Below are positions 50,535 to 63,621 of a stretch of 64,000 nucleotides of DNA, piece after piece. A model generated the notes under the pieces. The model saw nothing but the letters and a program-made list of their open reading frames with translations, searched no databases and had not been told where the DNA came from. Source of the DNA: Carcharhinus amblyrhynchos (lineage: Eukaryota). The stretch is taken from assembly GCA_965287045.1 (NCBI GenBank), contig OZ336893.1, positions 20,150,001 through 20,214,000 on the forward strand. Reading direction: 5' to 3'. The stretch's first letter is position 1, and the number at the start of each line of letters is the position of its first letter. The position numbers and the translations under genes were made by a program.

Positions 50535-50685
50535 AGTGCTGGAAACCTGAAATAAAAACTGGAAATACTCAACAAGCCAGACACTATCTGTGGAGCGAGA
50601 AATAGAATTAACATGTCAAGTGTTATCTCTGCTTCTGTCTCCACAGATGTTATTTATCCAACTGAGTATTTCCAGCATTCTCAGT
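50535..50685. mobile_element. Palindromic Penelope-like terminal remnant
   Basis: CTGGAAATACTCA...ATCTGTGGAG inverted relative to CTCCACAGAT...TGAGTATTTCCAG. Confidence 0.65.
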
Positions 50686-52254
50686 CGTTATCTCTCTTTG
50701 TCTCAACTGTCATTTACAATAAAACATTCCAATTCGTAAAAGCCATTACAAAAAAATCCTGTAACTTCTCCTTCATTCTGCTAGTGATTGAATTTAAACT
50801 CTATTTATCACTCTTTCATAATCTTTGATATTTATTCCTTAACAATTTATGTAATCTTTATCTTTTGAATCCTCCCTTAACTGCCTCTGTTCCAGTGAAA
50901 GTCATAATTCTTTCAGTAGTCTTTCATAGCAAGCCTCTTATTCCTGGTATCAATTGTTATGATCTTCATAAAGACTGATAATTCTTTTAAGAAAAAAATT
51001 TGAATTCCCAGTGACTGACACATGACAAGATTTCAAGTTGTAAAACTTTTTGCAGCAAGCAAACCAAAAGCAATAACAAATAAAAAACAACACTGTCTAA
51101 ACAATATTCAGTAGGCACCTTATACTCTAAACGACAGAAGAACAATGTTTAACTTTTAACCCAACCAAAAGTCCCACGCCATGATTATATGTTATGCTGT
51201 CCTTTATGTGAACATGTTATTCTCTCAGAGCCAAAATTATTAGATTCTGATGACTTGTTTCCTTTCTTTTCCTTTCTCAACCAGGTAACTTCTAATACCA
51301 GAACTGACTTTCATTTTGAAGGTTATACTGGAGATTCTTTCCCTCTCGACAAATCTTCATAAACTTGATCTCTTCGATCTGAACACGAGTTCTTTGTTTT
51401 GCATGGCAACCAATAGAGTTGTCATTTTTTTCTACTTCAGGTGCAGAACTAACTGCCCCATCCCTGTCTCTCAGCTGCAGATTGACTTACTTGTGTCTAA
51501 GAGTTTTGAGGATGTCTTAGAAACCCTGTATGAACTTTTCCTTTCCTTAAGTTAATCTGTATCTCAACATGAATCACGTGATCCCTATATTGAGAAGAAA
51601 CACTAATGAGCTTTCTCCTAGACCTCCCCATTATCTTGGAATTAAACAGACTAAAGTGTAACCATTTATAAAACTAGACGTTACTAACACATCCCTGTGA
51701 GACTTGGAGATTAGCAGCCTACCCATCTCAATACAACCACTCTTGTCATTGTTATGAACATGATACACCTTCCTCCCTGTAAGTCAACTGGGCCTTGTTA
51801 TCCCCAGAGCAGCCAAGCTTCTTGTTGAGCAGAATTCAGAACAAAGTCACATGATTGTTCTACTCCATTTTAGCTTAAATTGAAGAGACAGTCCCAAAAT
51901 GTAACAATCTTATAAATTTAGCATTTGAAACAAATTCTAGGGAATATTTACGCTGGTCCTGCAATTCCAATATTTGTCCAATGTTGGCATTCCTAAAATT
52001 GGCAGTTATAGCATAACCATTGTCATTTGTAATGTTAATTTCACATCTGAATTTGTGTTATGTATCCTTACATATAAAACTCAGAACCTCAAGTTTTTTT
52101 TTCAGTTCTTAAATGGCAATTGTTAAATATGTGTATCTGTATCTTTGATTCTCATTGTTCCTGCCCTCTGAAAAATTCTCTAGCCTACAATATATTTTAA
52201 TTATTTCTCCCAAAATGTACTACCAAATAATTCTCTGCATTGTACTGCATTGCA

Positions 52255-52520
52255 CTGCATCAATAGCCTATCTGATCCTCCACCAGCCAATCTAAATTCT
52301 GTATTCTTCTCCGCAGTTTGCCATGCCCTCTGAATTGATATTGTCAGCAAACCAATGCCATTGTACTTAAAGTCTAAAACCAAATAATTTATATAAACAA
52401 TGAATAAAACACAGCACAGCTGCAGAGCTAAACCAATATCCGCCAATCTAAAAGATGTCTTTTCAACCGTAACACTATGTCTTTTGATCACTACTAATTT
52501 CTTTCCATGTAGCTACTTTC
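52255..52520 (-). mobile_element. Old CR1 RT fragment
   Basis: Antisense FIVYINYL and FADN-like motifs. Confidence 0.45.
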
Positions 52521-52869
52521 CCTTTAATATTGTGTCACTTCATTTTTGCAACGTTGCAAGAAATTACTTTCTCATATCGTTTTGATTCTTTGAGGATTGA
52601 TGTTTGGCCTTGGAAATGCTAGTGGGCCACTAGCATTATATTTAATTTAGTGAATTATTACTAAAGTTCCAATCTGAGTTGATCTTAAATATGTGCTTTG
52701 GTACAAATTAATTACACACAAACTATTTCAGATAGAACTAAAAGCTTCTTCCATATTATTTTGATTTGAATTCTATTTGCATTGACATTTGATTTCTACA
52801 TTATGAGTGGATATTAGCTACCTTTTGTTAGTCGATTGGTAATTTTTCTGAATATTCCTTGTTTCTTAG

Positions 52870-52998
52870 GCTGAAGGATTTCATGAAGAGATTGAGGACT
52901 TTTTGCAGTGGTTGAGCCGAGTTGAGAATCAGTTGGCAGCATCTAAATCCACTGGCGGTTTACCTGAGACAGCCCGGGAGCAACTCAATGTCCACTTG
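52870..52998 (+). CDS. MACF1: MACF1 exon (AEGFHEEIEDFLQW...TGGLPETAREQLNVHL)
   Basis: cttag|GCT ... TTG|gtaatg; 129 nt. Confidence 0.95.
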
Positions 52999-53329
52999 GT
53001 AATGAGTTTTGTTATCTCCTTCAAAAGCAAATGATTTCCCAAAACGAGGATTTTTTTTTCCTTTTCATTTGATGGAATTTATCTGAACTTTTTATTTCAG
53101 ACATCTCCTTTAAGATATCCTTTAAGAAATGTACAGTTTGAGTTTCAATGCTCCTTTTAGCCAGTGGTGTTATTTATTCGGTGGTATTTCATATATTTGT
53201 TGCATTCTCTGTCTAAACCCAATATGTGCATTCTGAGCACCTTTAACCTCGTAAGATGTCACGAGGCTCATGAAGGCATTTAAAACCAAGTATGACATAG
53301 ATCTACGTAAAATTCCAATCAGAAAATCA

Positions 53330-54100
53330 CTAGGTGGCTATTAAAGTGATCTTAAAGAAGGAAAGTGAGGTTGAGAAGAGGAGAGATTAGGGGATGGAAT
53401 TCCAGCAATTGAGGCTTAAGCAACTCGAGGCACAGCTACTGGTAACAAAGCAATTAAAATTGGTGATACTCAAAAAGAATTGGAGGAATGCAGATATCTC
53501 AGGAGGGTCAGTGGTCTGGAGAAGACCACAGAGATATAAAGATAGGAAGAATTTTAAAATCAAGGCATTGTTTATCCAAGAGCTGATATAGGTCAGTGAG
53601 TAGCAGTGTGATGGGTGAATGGGATTTGATGTGAGTTAGGACATGTGCAATTTAATTTTGGATGACCTTGCATTTACAGACAATTGAACATGGTAGTGCA
53701 TTAGAAAAGTCAAATCCACAGGTGAGAAAGGTATATATGAGGATTCCAACATTCGTAGCTGAGGCAGGAAACAGAGTGAGACATCATTAGAGGTGAAATA
53801 GGCAATCCTTGTCATGGTACAGATATGTGGTTGGTTGAATTTGCAGTCAAATATTTCACTGAGGTTGCAAACAATCTGGTTCAGCCTCTAAGTTGCCAAG
53901 GAGAGGGATGCAGTTAATGGTGAGGGTGGAGTTCATGGCAGGGACTGAAGACAATGGCTTCAATCACCTTAAAATTCAATTGGAGCAAATTTCTGCTCAT
54001 CCAGTACTGCATGCTGGTTAAGCAGTATGACAGTTAAAGACATTGGCGGGATCAAGAGAGACAGTGAAGTAAAAATGGGTGCCACCAGCATATATGGGGA
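53330..54100 (-). mobile_element. L2 LINE RT/C-terminal fragment
   Basis: Antisense degenerate YADDT (YAGGT) at ~54078-54095, followed by L2-type downstream sequence. Confidence 0.7.
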
Positions 54101-54749
54101 AACTGACCAATGCAAATATTCAATATATTTCATGTAATTCCTCTTCTGATGGAAAAATTAGCTTAGTGAAGACAAAAAATGGAGGAGGAAAAATAGATCA
54201 AATTACAAAATGGAAATTCAAAGGCAAGTTCACAGTCACAGAATTAGACTTGTCAACTTTCATCTCATTAATAGACTGCCAGTGGAAATTTGTTACAAAA
54301 GCAATTGACTGCAAGAGATAAATTGTAACAGGCCACCGTCCAATACCTTTAATCCAGCATCCCACACAAAATGCCAGTTTAAATCCTGAGTTAATAATTC
54401 AAAAGTTTAAACTCCTAAAATATTTAGGAACGAAACTTCATATGACAAGATAACTGACAATGATGCCTCAACCAGAATTGAGAGGATTATCCCAATTATA
54501 AGCTCAATACTTCATGTACAAGAGCATTTAGCAGAATACTTCATTGGGAAAAAAGTTGTACTTTCTACAATGTTTTTCCAGTTTCCATAATTTTCCCTGA
54601 GTAAACATTTACTACGTTCTGTAAATAGTCAGTACAATATGCTCTAGAGTGGTCCCAGTCAATTTTATCTTTTCTTCCCCCAAATTAATTCTGGGAAATT
54701 TCCAAGAGATCATGGTGTTGTTGGGGACCAGTTCATGAACTCCAAGGTA

Positions 54750-55498
54750 TGTTATGAAGATAGCCTAGACCCAACTTTTATGACTTTGGCATTAGGGTGA
54801 GTATAAGATACTTCATTCCAGGTATGATTCAACTGACCCACTAGGAAGTATTTATCAAAACAAAGTTTATTTAAGAACCCAGTTAGAATACAACAGAAGA
54901 ATTAGGAGAACATTTACCAATTTAAATGCTTTAACATGACAAGTTATAACTCTTAACAGCTAACTATCTCTATAGTTCCACTATAAGCAGAATGCCCCAT
55001 AGACATTAAGCCCTTCTTCAGAACCAGTTAGCACCACAAACAGATGTACTAACATGGATGCTAGATTTCCAGGCTTTTAACACCTCTGGACAGAGATCAA
55101 GACAGCAGTTTCCAGGGAACAATATATCCTTAAACAGCAGAAGTTCAGAAAAATAAACCTAGTCTCTGGCAGATCCCAGTCTCCAGACTTCAGAGAGACT
55201 CAGAGCTCCCAAAAAGCCCTGAGCTTGATATCTCTGTGTAAGCCTAGCTCCACCTAGTCACCTGATTTTCTTGTCAGTCAACCTAATCAAGGCCTATGCT
55301 GCAAATCCCTAGGGAAAAACATTAAAAATAGCACTAATTCAGGTTAAAACAAACATTCTAGCAATTAGGAGCAATTATGATGCTGCAGTAACAATACAGG
55401 GCTTCCGAATGTCGACCCAGCTGCACCGGTGTTAATAAAGCAAACTGCTAAAACAGATACATGATTTAAAATACATCTCTTAGAAATACAGTATCATA
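54750..55498. mobile_element. Possible solo LTR
   Basis: Starts TGTTATGA and ends ...TCATAG; antisense AATAAA near 54868; no clear TSD. Confidence 0.35.
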
Positions 55499-56260
55499 GT
55501 GCAGATAATCATCCAATCACTTTTTTTAAAATGTGCATATTGTGTTGGTTTACAAATTATATTGAGTTTTCCTTCAAGATATAAAGAATGCAGAAGCTGA
55601 TCTGCATTGTATCAAGCAGTTAGGCAAATGTTATATTTAAACTTGGACCAGTCGCATTAATGCCTAATATTAGTCAATGTTAAACATTTGGGCTGAAATT
55701 GTGATATGTTATTGATGACCTAGATCTTCCGAGGAATGACATCATCAGCGATCAGTGGAATCCGATGCACATTAGTTTGCATCAGGACTTTCACAGGGTC
55801 TGGTCCCATGGTATACATTTGGGCATGCCTCTGATCTCTGACAGTCTAGAGACTAGAAGATTCAGGCCAATACGTTAATACCATTATAGGAAATTCTGTT
55901 ATTGTTTCATTTAGTTAAAATGATGGACAACTGCATTTGAGGTGTCTCTCACTAGCCATACGTAGTTTCTTGTGTTCCATAAAAATGTAAACACTCAAAA
56001 TGCCAGATATCAAGCAGCTTTTCCTGTACATTTAAACTTCAGAATAGAACAATTCAACCATGGCACATCAGTTACAAATATTTGCCAGTATCTTCTGCTG
56101 TGAATGATGCATGAGAAAGTTATGGAATGATTTCATAAAATATATATGTGTATGTATGCATAAAATCCTCAAAAAGCTGAGTGAAAGGAAACTTTTTTGA
56201 ATATGTTAACAATGGGCAATCACAAGGGTTAATTGTAATGATTGCTTTCTGTTTTTTTAG

Positions 56261-56431
56261 GAACTCCACAGAGAGTTCTGTGCTAATGAGGAGACATATA
56301 AAAACTTGCACGAGAAGGGCCGGCTTTTATTGAGTACTCGAGATGACGCTACAGGATCTAATGTTGAACAGTGTGTCACATTATTAGAACAGAAGTGGCA
56401 ATCGATGAGCACAAAGATGGCAGAAAAGAAG
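56261..56431 (+). CDS. MACF1: MACF1 exon (ELHREFCANEE...KMAEKK)
   Basis: tttag|GAA ... AAG|gtagga; 171 nt. Confidence 0.94.
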
Positions 56432-56611
56432 GTAGGATGGCCAACAATATTAACTGCATCAGAAGTGGGAGATTAGCAATATTTATTTAAAAACATATTC
56501 CACCATAATTCCAAATAAGATGAAGATTTTTAATAACATAATTTTAGTTCCTGTTGTATTCAGTATTTCTCTCTAGCAATTCTATATTTTTATCAAACTA
56601 GATAATTATCT

Positions 56612-56740
56612 GGAAAGAAAAGAATTGCAGGAACACAGGGAAAAGGTGGAGAAGGATGGGATTAACTGAGTTGCACTTTGAGAGAGCCAGCACAAACTCA
56701 GTGAGCCGAATGGCTGCCTTCTGTGCTGTAACCATTCTGA
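56612..56740 (+). mobile_element. CR1 3' tail abutting the exon 56763 acceptor
   Basis: GAGCCAGCACAAACTCAGTGAGCCGAATGGCTGCCTTCTGTGCTGTAACCATTCT. Confidence 0.75.
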
Positions 56741-56762
56741 CTCCTGTTTTTTTCCTTTTCAG

Positions 56763-56918
56763 ACCAAGCTAGAGGAGGCTCTCAATCTCGCAACAGAGTT
56801 TCAGAATTCCTTGCAGGATTTCATTAATTGGCTTACTCAAGCAGAGCAAAATCTGAACGTCGCACCGCCTCCTAGTCTTATCGTCGATACAGTCCTTTTC
56901 CAGATAGATGAGCACAAG
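56763..56918 (+). CDS. MACF1: MACF1 exon ([14 protein letters not shown]...QIDEHK)
   Basis: ttcag|ACC ... AAG|gtactg; 156 nt. Confidence 0.95.
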
Positions 56919-57029
56919 GTACTGGATTAGACTTTGGGTACTGGATTAGAGCTAAGGATGGCAGGCAGTCTCATGTTTGGGTTTGAGGATAGTACAAGCG
57001 GCATTGCCTCAGTCCAAGGGATGAAGAAT

Positions 57030-57315
57030 GACAAGACTGCTTCAATACACTTCTTGGAGGGGAAACAGGGTGATTACTCGATATTCAGAATGGGGATGAG
57101 TTGCCTGCTCGATACTGAGATAAGAAAGGGACAGCTGCTCAATATTGGGGTCAGGAACTGGGCAACTACTGAGGGTAAGAACCGGGTGACTGTTCAATAC
57201 TGGTTTTGGGAAAGAGGCGACTGCTCGATACTGGGATCAGGAACCAGGCACCTGCTTCAGTACTGAGGTCAAGAACTGGGTGACTGCTCAATGCTAGAGT
57301 TAGGAGGACTGCAGT
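57030..57315. repeat. Degenerate ~31-bp minisatellite (GACTGCTCAATACTGGGGTCAGGAACTGGGT)
   Basis: About 8-9 diverged copies. Confidence 0.75.
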
Positions 57316-57904
57316 AATTCAGAATCTTGAAGATGTGCATTGACAACTGCCGCACTTCAGGATCTTATAAAGCATGTCCACACACCAAAACGTTTCTACT
57401 TTTACTTTACTCTTAATAGTTTGTGAAAATACATTGTACTTTCAACAATTCATAAATCAATATTGGAGTGATGTGAAGAATACAAATGTTTATTTTAACA
57501 ATCCATTCAACAAAATTCTTAATAAAATAACAAAAGTGTTCAAACATATCTCTCCTGTGATAGGATATATAATAATACAATGTACTCATAATGAAATAAC
57601 ATTTTGCTGTTTGCTGTGGTCATCAGTACACACTATTAAATTCTCGGCAGAGGGCTTGTACCCTTTATTCCTAATCTCAGCTGTGATATTGTGGGTTTCT
57701 CTGCATGAAGAAAACGTTAATAACAGAATAATTCGCAGGGAACAGTGAGATACTTCCTAATGACCAGTTAAAAAGCAGTACCTGCAGAGTACTTGCAACA
57801 TGTTTTCTATCTAATGCCTAATGAGACCTGAGAATGCAAAACAAGGCAAAGATAAAGAAATACCTTGCAGAGAGGTTTAGGTAATGCCTGTTGTTATTTT
57901 CCAG

Positions 57905-58111
57905 ATTTTTGCTAATGAAGTAAATTCTCATCGTGACCAAATCATTGACCTGGATAAAACTGGAAATCAGTTGAAGTTTCTTAGCCAAAAACAAGATGTG
58001 GTTCTGATAAAGAACCTTCTCTTCAGTGTGCAGTCACGTTGGGAGAAAGTGGTACAGCGCTCTGTCGAGAGAGGAAGAGCACTTGATGAGGCCAGAAAAC
58101 GTGCAAAGCAG
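57905..58111 (+). CDS. MACF1: MACF1 exon ([12 protein letters not shown]...RKRAKQ)
   Basis: tccag|ATT ... CAG|gtatgc; 207 nt. Confidence 0.95.
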
Positions 58112-58779
58112 GTATGCAGGATCAGTGTGAATATTTGCAGACTGAATTTTTCCTGGCCTTTTTAACAAAAGTACTTGTATGAGAAGATTTGTTTATTATG
58201 TTGGAACATGTTGCTGCTTCCCAAATCTATGCCCATCTTTCCCAGCATGCCATATTTGAATCCCTACGGTCTGATTTCTACCTTTGCCTCATCAGTGAAA
58301 TGGACCTTCTCAAATGACAAATAGTATGCTAGGTGACCTTGACAAAAGTGAGCCTGCCACCCTTGTACTTCTTGACCTGTCTGCAGCCTTTGGCGCTGCT
58401 GATTGTCGGTGCTTCTTTAAACCTACTTCCTTGACCAACAGTTAGCACTGCTTAATATCGCTTCATGTAGCTCAGCGTCAAATGTTGTTCTATAAAACTC
58501 TTCAGACAATGTTGCATAAATACAAGTTTTTTTTTTGTTTTTAACAAGTTTAAAGACCAAGTGAGGAGATTAAACTTGTATATGACAATAGCTGATTAAT
58601 AACATTGCTCATAGTTTATATTCTGTCAGCTTCTCCAAAATCCTCTTTGTTCCTGGGACAACTAAACTTTCTAGGCTGGCCAGATTAAGTCTTCAATCCA
58701 GGCAGTGCAGCAATCATTAATGCAACCATAATGAAACTACTCCGGGTACCATAACCTTGATTATAGTATTTTTATGACA

Positions 58780-58920
58780 AACTACAATGATTTCATGGTC
58801 ATCATTAGACTTTCAGTTCCAGGTTTTTATTGAATTCAAATTCAATATTGTGAGATTTGAACCTAGGGCCCCAGAGTTTTACCCTGGATCACGACTCCAG
58901 TGACAATACCACCACCTCTA
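58780..58920 (-). mobile_element. tRNA-derived SINE fragment
   Basis: Antisense GGTGGTGGTATTGTCACTGGA...GGTTCAAATCTC with A/B-box-like motifs. Confidence 0.6.
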
Positions 58921-58999
58921 CTGCATTGGTGCAAAATATTGACAGATGGCATATAGGAGAGAAATGTCTTCAAAAATACCTGTGACCTAATTCTGACCC

Positions 59000-59215
59000 A
59001 CTCCAGGCAGAAATCAAGGTGGACATAACAGTAATACTGAGACCCATTGAACGGATGTTAAAGATCCTATGGCCAATGTTTATTCCTAAATTAACATCAC
59101 AGAAGTCAGATTGTCTGGACGTTACCTGCTGTGATTCCTGCAATACAACAATAATTATACTTAAGAAATACTTCCTGCCCTGGTAGTCATGAAAAGCATG
59201 ATAAGAAAGCACATT
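59000..59215 (+). mobile_element. Deu-type SINE, internally deleted
   Basis: GGATGTTAAAGATCCTATGGCC AATGTTTATTCC ... tail similar to L2-type SINE ends. Confidence 0.45.
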
Positions 59216-60014
59216 TTTTCCTCAAACTTCTCATATTAGCAGAAAACAAAATCCAATATGTTTAGGATACTCTCACATGATTCTATTTAATTATTGGAAT
59301 AAAGATTAATGTACTTGATATATCCGTAATGCTCCATCACAAAATGCAAGCCACCTTGTCCATATTATGATCCTTATGTAGGGAGGGGAACATTTCACCC
59401 TGCAGAGCTCTCCTTCAAGCCTGTCAGTAACACTATTTAATACACTCCCTTGAAAATACTTGACAGTATTTGGTTTACAATAACATTTCCCACTTTCCCT
59501 AGACTTATGGTGAAGATTCTGCACTGGAGGAAGGCAGAATCAATTAAACTTAAATTATAATTTCTAGTTTGGGTTACTCTGCTTAAAACGGTTTGTTTTA
59601 GTTTAATTTTGTTATTAATACTTCAAAGAATATGGATATGTAATTTTAAAAACTGATATGCACTGTAACATGAGCAGTGACAAGACACTTGAACCATTTT
59701 TGTATCTTCACTCAATTTGATAATGTGCCTGGAACTGAAAACAGCTGTTCCAAAATATTGAGCAACTTGGATGCAAAGGTTGACCCACATTTACCCCAAG
59801 AATTTTTTGCTAATTTTTGAAAGCCTTTAGCTTTTGAAATAATTTACCTTACGCAGCTCTGTCTGGCCCTTGCACCCAACTGTTTTAATGGTGCAAATAG
59901 TTTGTGATGATACAAAACACAGATGGGTTCTATTGCAACTTCTTGACAAAAGTGTTTATTTTGATTTTGACCCAAGTGAGTTTAATTCAGAGCATTGTGT
60001 TTTTGTAACTTCAG

Positions 60015-60134
60015 TTCTATGAAGCCTGGAAAAAATTGATTGATTGGCTTGAGGAAGCAGAAAACAACCTGGACACCGATCTTGAAATTTCCAATGATCC
60101 AGATAAAATTAAATTGCAGCTGTCAAAACACAAG
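60015..60134 (+). CDS. MACF1: MACF1 exon (FYEAWKKLIDWLEE...QLSKHK)
   Basis: ttcag|TTC ... AAG|gtaaga; 120 nt. Confidence 0.95.
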
Positions 60135-60856
60135 GTAAGAAATCCAATGCTCCGTTCCAGAAAACTGGTCCTGATTCTTTCAGGTTCGAACGGCAATTTT
60201 CATCTCTTCCTCCTCCCCCCACCACCCACCCACCTCTTTCCACGCCCCACCCCCCCCCCACCTTCACATATTCCCTTTGCCTACCCCCTGTTGATGATAG
60301 TGACCTTCTAACAGCCTCTGAGGAATGCTGAGGCCAGTTTTAACACCCTCAATGCTGTACTGTTTGAGATTATCGAATTTCACTTGGACATGGAACCTAC
60401 TTGGTCCCTTGTGGTTTGGCACCCCACCATCCAGTTCAGGCAGTTTGACACAATCAGTAAGGAAGATTTCATGCAAAAAAAACTGTTTGCTAATCAAAAT
60501 GAGAAATGGTGATTTTTCAAGAAGAGAAATGTAATTTAGATAACTACACTAACAGCCAAGAAGGCAGGATATTGTTACATGCAGACCTCTTAACTGTACA
60601 CTTTCAGTTTTAAAAAAGCAAGAATTTTCTGATAATATGTGGATTGGCATCAGCAATTTTTTCTCACTTCACAATTTGACTCTAGTTTGCTAGGGTTTGA
60701 ATTGATGGAAATTCTATCCAATACTTAGAGAACTAGGTGTTAGCAAGTCTCACCAGAAAAAAATATATGCCATTTAATCCAAATTGTCAATTTCCAATTC
60801 CTGTTACAAATAGGACAGAATGATCCAAATAATAAAAACCAGCAGTTTCCTCCTAT

Positions 60857-61885
60857 ATAGAACCATAGAAAAGTTACAACACAGGACATTCAGCCCATTG
60901 GGTCGGAGCCAGCCAAAAAAGGGGGAAAAACTAGGTGTGTTTCATATTAATTCCACTTTCTAACACCCGGTCCATTGCCTTGCAGATTTCAGCACTTTAG
61001 CTGCAGATCAAAATATTTTTTAAACGCTTCAGCCACAAACACCATTTGGGTCGTGAATTTCAGGCACTCACTGCCCTCATGTTCCTTCTATCAATCACCT
61101 TAAGTCTGTGTCCCTAGTAACTGACCCCTCAGCTCAGGGGAAATGGGTCTTTTTTTATCTACCCCATCTTGGGTCTTCACAATTTTATACACTTCAATTA
61201 GGTAACCCTTCAGTCTCCTCTATTCTAACAAAAACAATCCAGTCTATCCAATCTCTTGTCATAGTTGCAATTTTCAAGCCATGGCAACATTCTTGTAAAC
61301 CCCCTCTGTAATTTCTCCAGAGCAATTGTGTCCTTGTAATGTGGTGACTGGAACTATACACAAAATTCCAACTGTGCCTTAACCAGTGTGTTATACAGTT
61401 TCAGCATTATGCCCTTTTGTATTCAGTACCATGCCCAGTTAAGGAAAACATTCTTGTATGATTTGTCCTGCCACTTTAAGGACCTTTAGATATGTACTGT
61501 CACTTCCTCAATCCCACTCAACACCTTCCCATTTATTGAGTATCCCCTAGCTTTGCTTGTGGTTCCCAAAAGCATTCCCTCACAATTTTCCAGATTAAAT
61601 TCTATTTGCCACTTTTCCAGCCACGCAAGCAAACCAGTGATATAATTCTGGAGACAACAGCTATCCTCTTCACTATCAACCACACCACCAATTTTTCTGC
61701 CATCTACAAACTTTCCAATCGTGCTTCCCACATTTGAGTCCAAATTATTAATGTATATAAGCAGCAAGGCCTGCAACATTGAGCCTTGTGAAATGCCAGT
61801 GGAGACCACTTTTCATTTGCAAAAACACCCATTGACCATTACCCTTTGTTTCCTGACACAGAGCCAATTTTGGATCCAATTCTGC
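60857..61885 (-). mobile_element. CR1 LINE, 5' truncated with internal deletions
   Basis: ORF 61486-61809 GISQGSML...IYINNLD...KFVDGRKIGG...WQIEFN; ATAGAACCATAGAA tail. Confidence 0.9.
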
Positions 61886-62625
61886 AAATATAAGCAAAGT
61901 AATAGTTGAACATACCATAGTCTAGTCTTTAACCATTCATTGTCAGTTAGTGAACAATTTTCACTATTTTTGCCCGAGTGTGTAGCATCACTTAGTGTAT
62001 TGTTAACTGAGATGAGCTTATGTTTACAGTTTGCTACTTGGTGATCTGCAAACCTTTGCATACTTATCCAAGTGGCTGTGCAGTTGCAAAGTTGACATTT
62101 ATTCATGCCTTATCATTTTGAAGTTTTCCTTTATTGTATAAACCAGAAAGATAGTGAGTGCAAGATAGGTGCCAAACTTGGAGCCTTTTAGTCAGAACTT
62201 AATGCAGGCAAAAGGATTAAATTCATCAAACTACAGGGACAACTATAACTAAATCTATACAGTATTTCTGAATGAAAAAGCAGTTCTCGTTTTAAAACAT
62301 GGGGTTAGATAAAAGTCTTTGCAAGTGAGTAGTTTTAATGTTTCCCCAGATGTCCAGTCCTCAAATCAATATTGTTTCAAAGCATTTAGATCCTTCAAAT
62401 ATAATTTTGCAAATTCAGTCACAAGATTTGGAACCTAATCATATAATGTCACATGTAACCTGATTTGAAATGTCCCAATGGCAATTAAATAAAACATTTC
62501 AGGCATTAACTCAAAAATGTGAATACGTTAATGATCAAGTCTGTGATTGCCAAATTGAGATCTGATTTGTTACTCTGTACTTTCGCATTTCCAACATTGC
62601 TGTGCTCTTTTTAAATTCAAACAAG

Positions 62626-62795
62626 GATTTCCAAAAAACTCTGGGTGGGAAACAGCCTGTATATGATACCACAATCCGAATGGGCCGCTCCATGAAAGAT
62701 AAAGCCTCGCTTACAGATGACCGTCAGAAATTGGATAATCTGTTGGGAGAAGTGCGAGATAAGTGGGACACTGTCTGTGGTAAATCTGTGGAGAG
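62626..62795 (+). CDS. MACF1: MACF1 exon ([14 protein letters not shown]...CGKSVER), phase 0-2
   Basis: acaag|GAT ... AG|gtaagg; 170 nt; AAG acceptor. Confidence 0.93.
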
Positions 62796-63256
62796 GTAAG
62801 GAGGAATAAATATGTTTTTAGCTTATTGTTGTCTAGGATCAAGTGAAATTTCCCAACCAAGAGAGTTATGAGTATACTGTAATGTATTTAGTCATAACTA
62901 GTGACTTAGAAACAGACAACATTGCTGTCACTGGATTTTCTGTATGCTGACTGGTTTTAATATATGTCCTGTGAAATTGGATACACTTGTGTGCCGAAAT
63001 GGAGAGCTTTTCCAATTAAACGAGATATTTATTGACATCCCTCTGCAACTTTACTCTGGATGGATTACTGATACTTTGTCAAAGATTGAATCTAATTTCA
63101 CTTGCAGTCACTTTTTTTAAAAATAGAGGTTGTTTACTGATAAGCTATATCCATTTAATTTGGCTACAGATTCTTGTTTCACACTGATTAAACCTAATGT
63201 TAAAAGAGTGTAACTTTACCAAGTATTAAAGATTGTTGTTTTCTGGTCCCGTTCAG

Positions 63257-63416
63257 GCAGCACAAATTGGAGGAGGCCCTCCTGTTTTCAGGACAGTTTA
63301 CTGATGCACTCCAGGCTCTTGTTGATTGGCTCTATAAGGTTGAACCACAGTTAGCTGAGGATCAGCCTGTTCATGGAGACCTAGATCTAGTGATGAACTT
63401 GATGGATGCTCACAAG
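63257..63416 (+). CDS. MACF1: MACF1 exon ([14 protein letters not shown]...LMDAHK), phase 2-0
   Basis: ttcag|G ... AAG|gtaaac; 160 nt. Confidence 0.95.
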
Positions 63417-63621
63417 GTAAACTGTTCTTGTTAAGAAAGCATGACGTTCCATCCTTATGTTGCTTCGTTGAAATATCTAACAGCCAACTGACAGTCCTAT
63501 ATAGCCATGCGTCTCTATCAAATTTTGAGGCTTTTTGTTTGTGCTGAAAAGTTAAGTTAAATTTTTGATTTCTTAAGCTCTATTTCATATTAAGCATTGA
63601 AACATTTTCTTTTTCATGCAG

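Noticed and set aside
56934-57266. 110-aa ORF after exon 56763-56918
   Set aside because: Product of the degenerate minisatellite, with a non-ATG start
62620-62626. Non-canonical splice acceptor
   Set aside because: AAG is a less common but canonical U2 acceptor, and the frame is consistent
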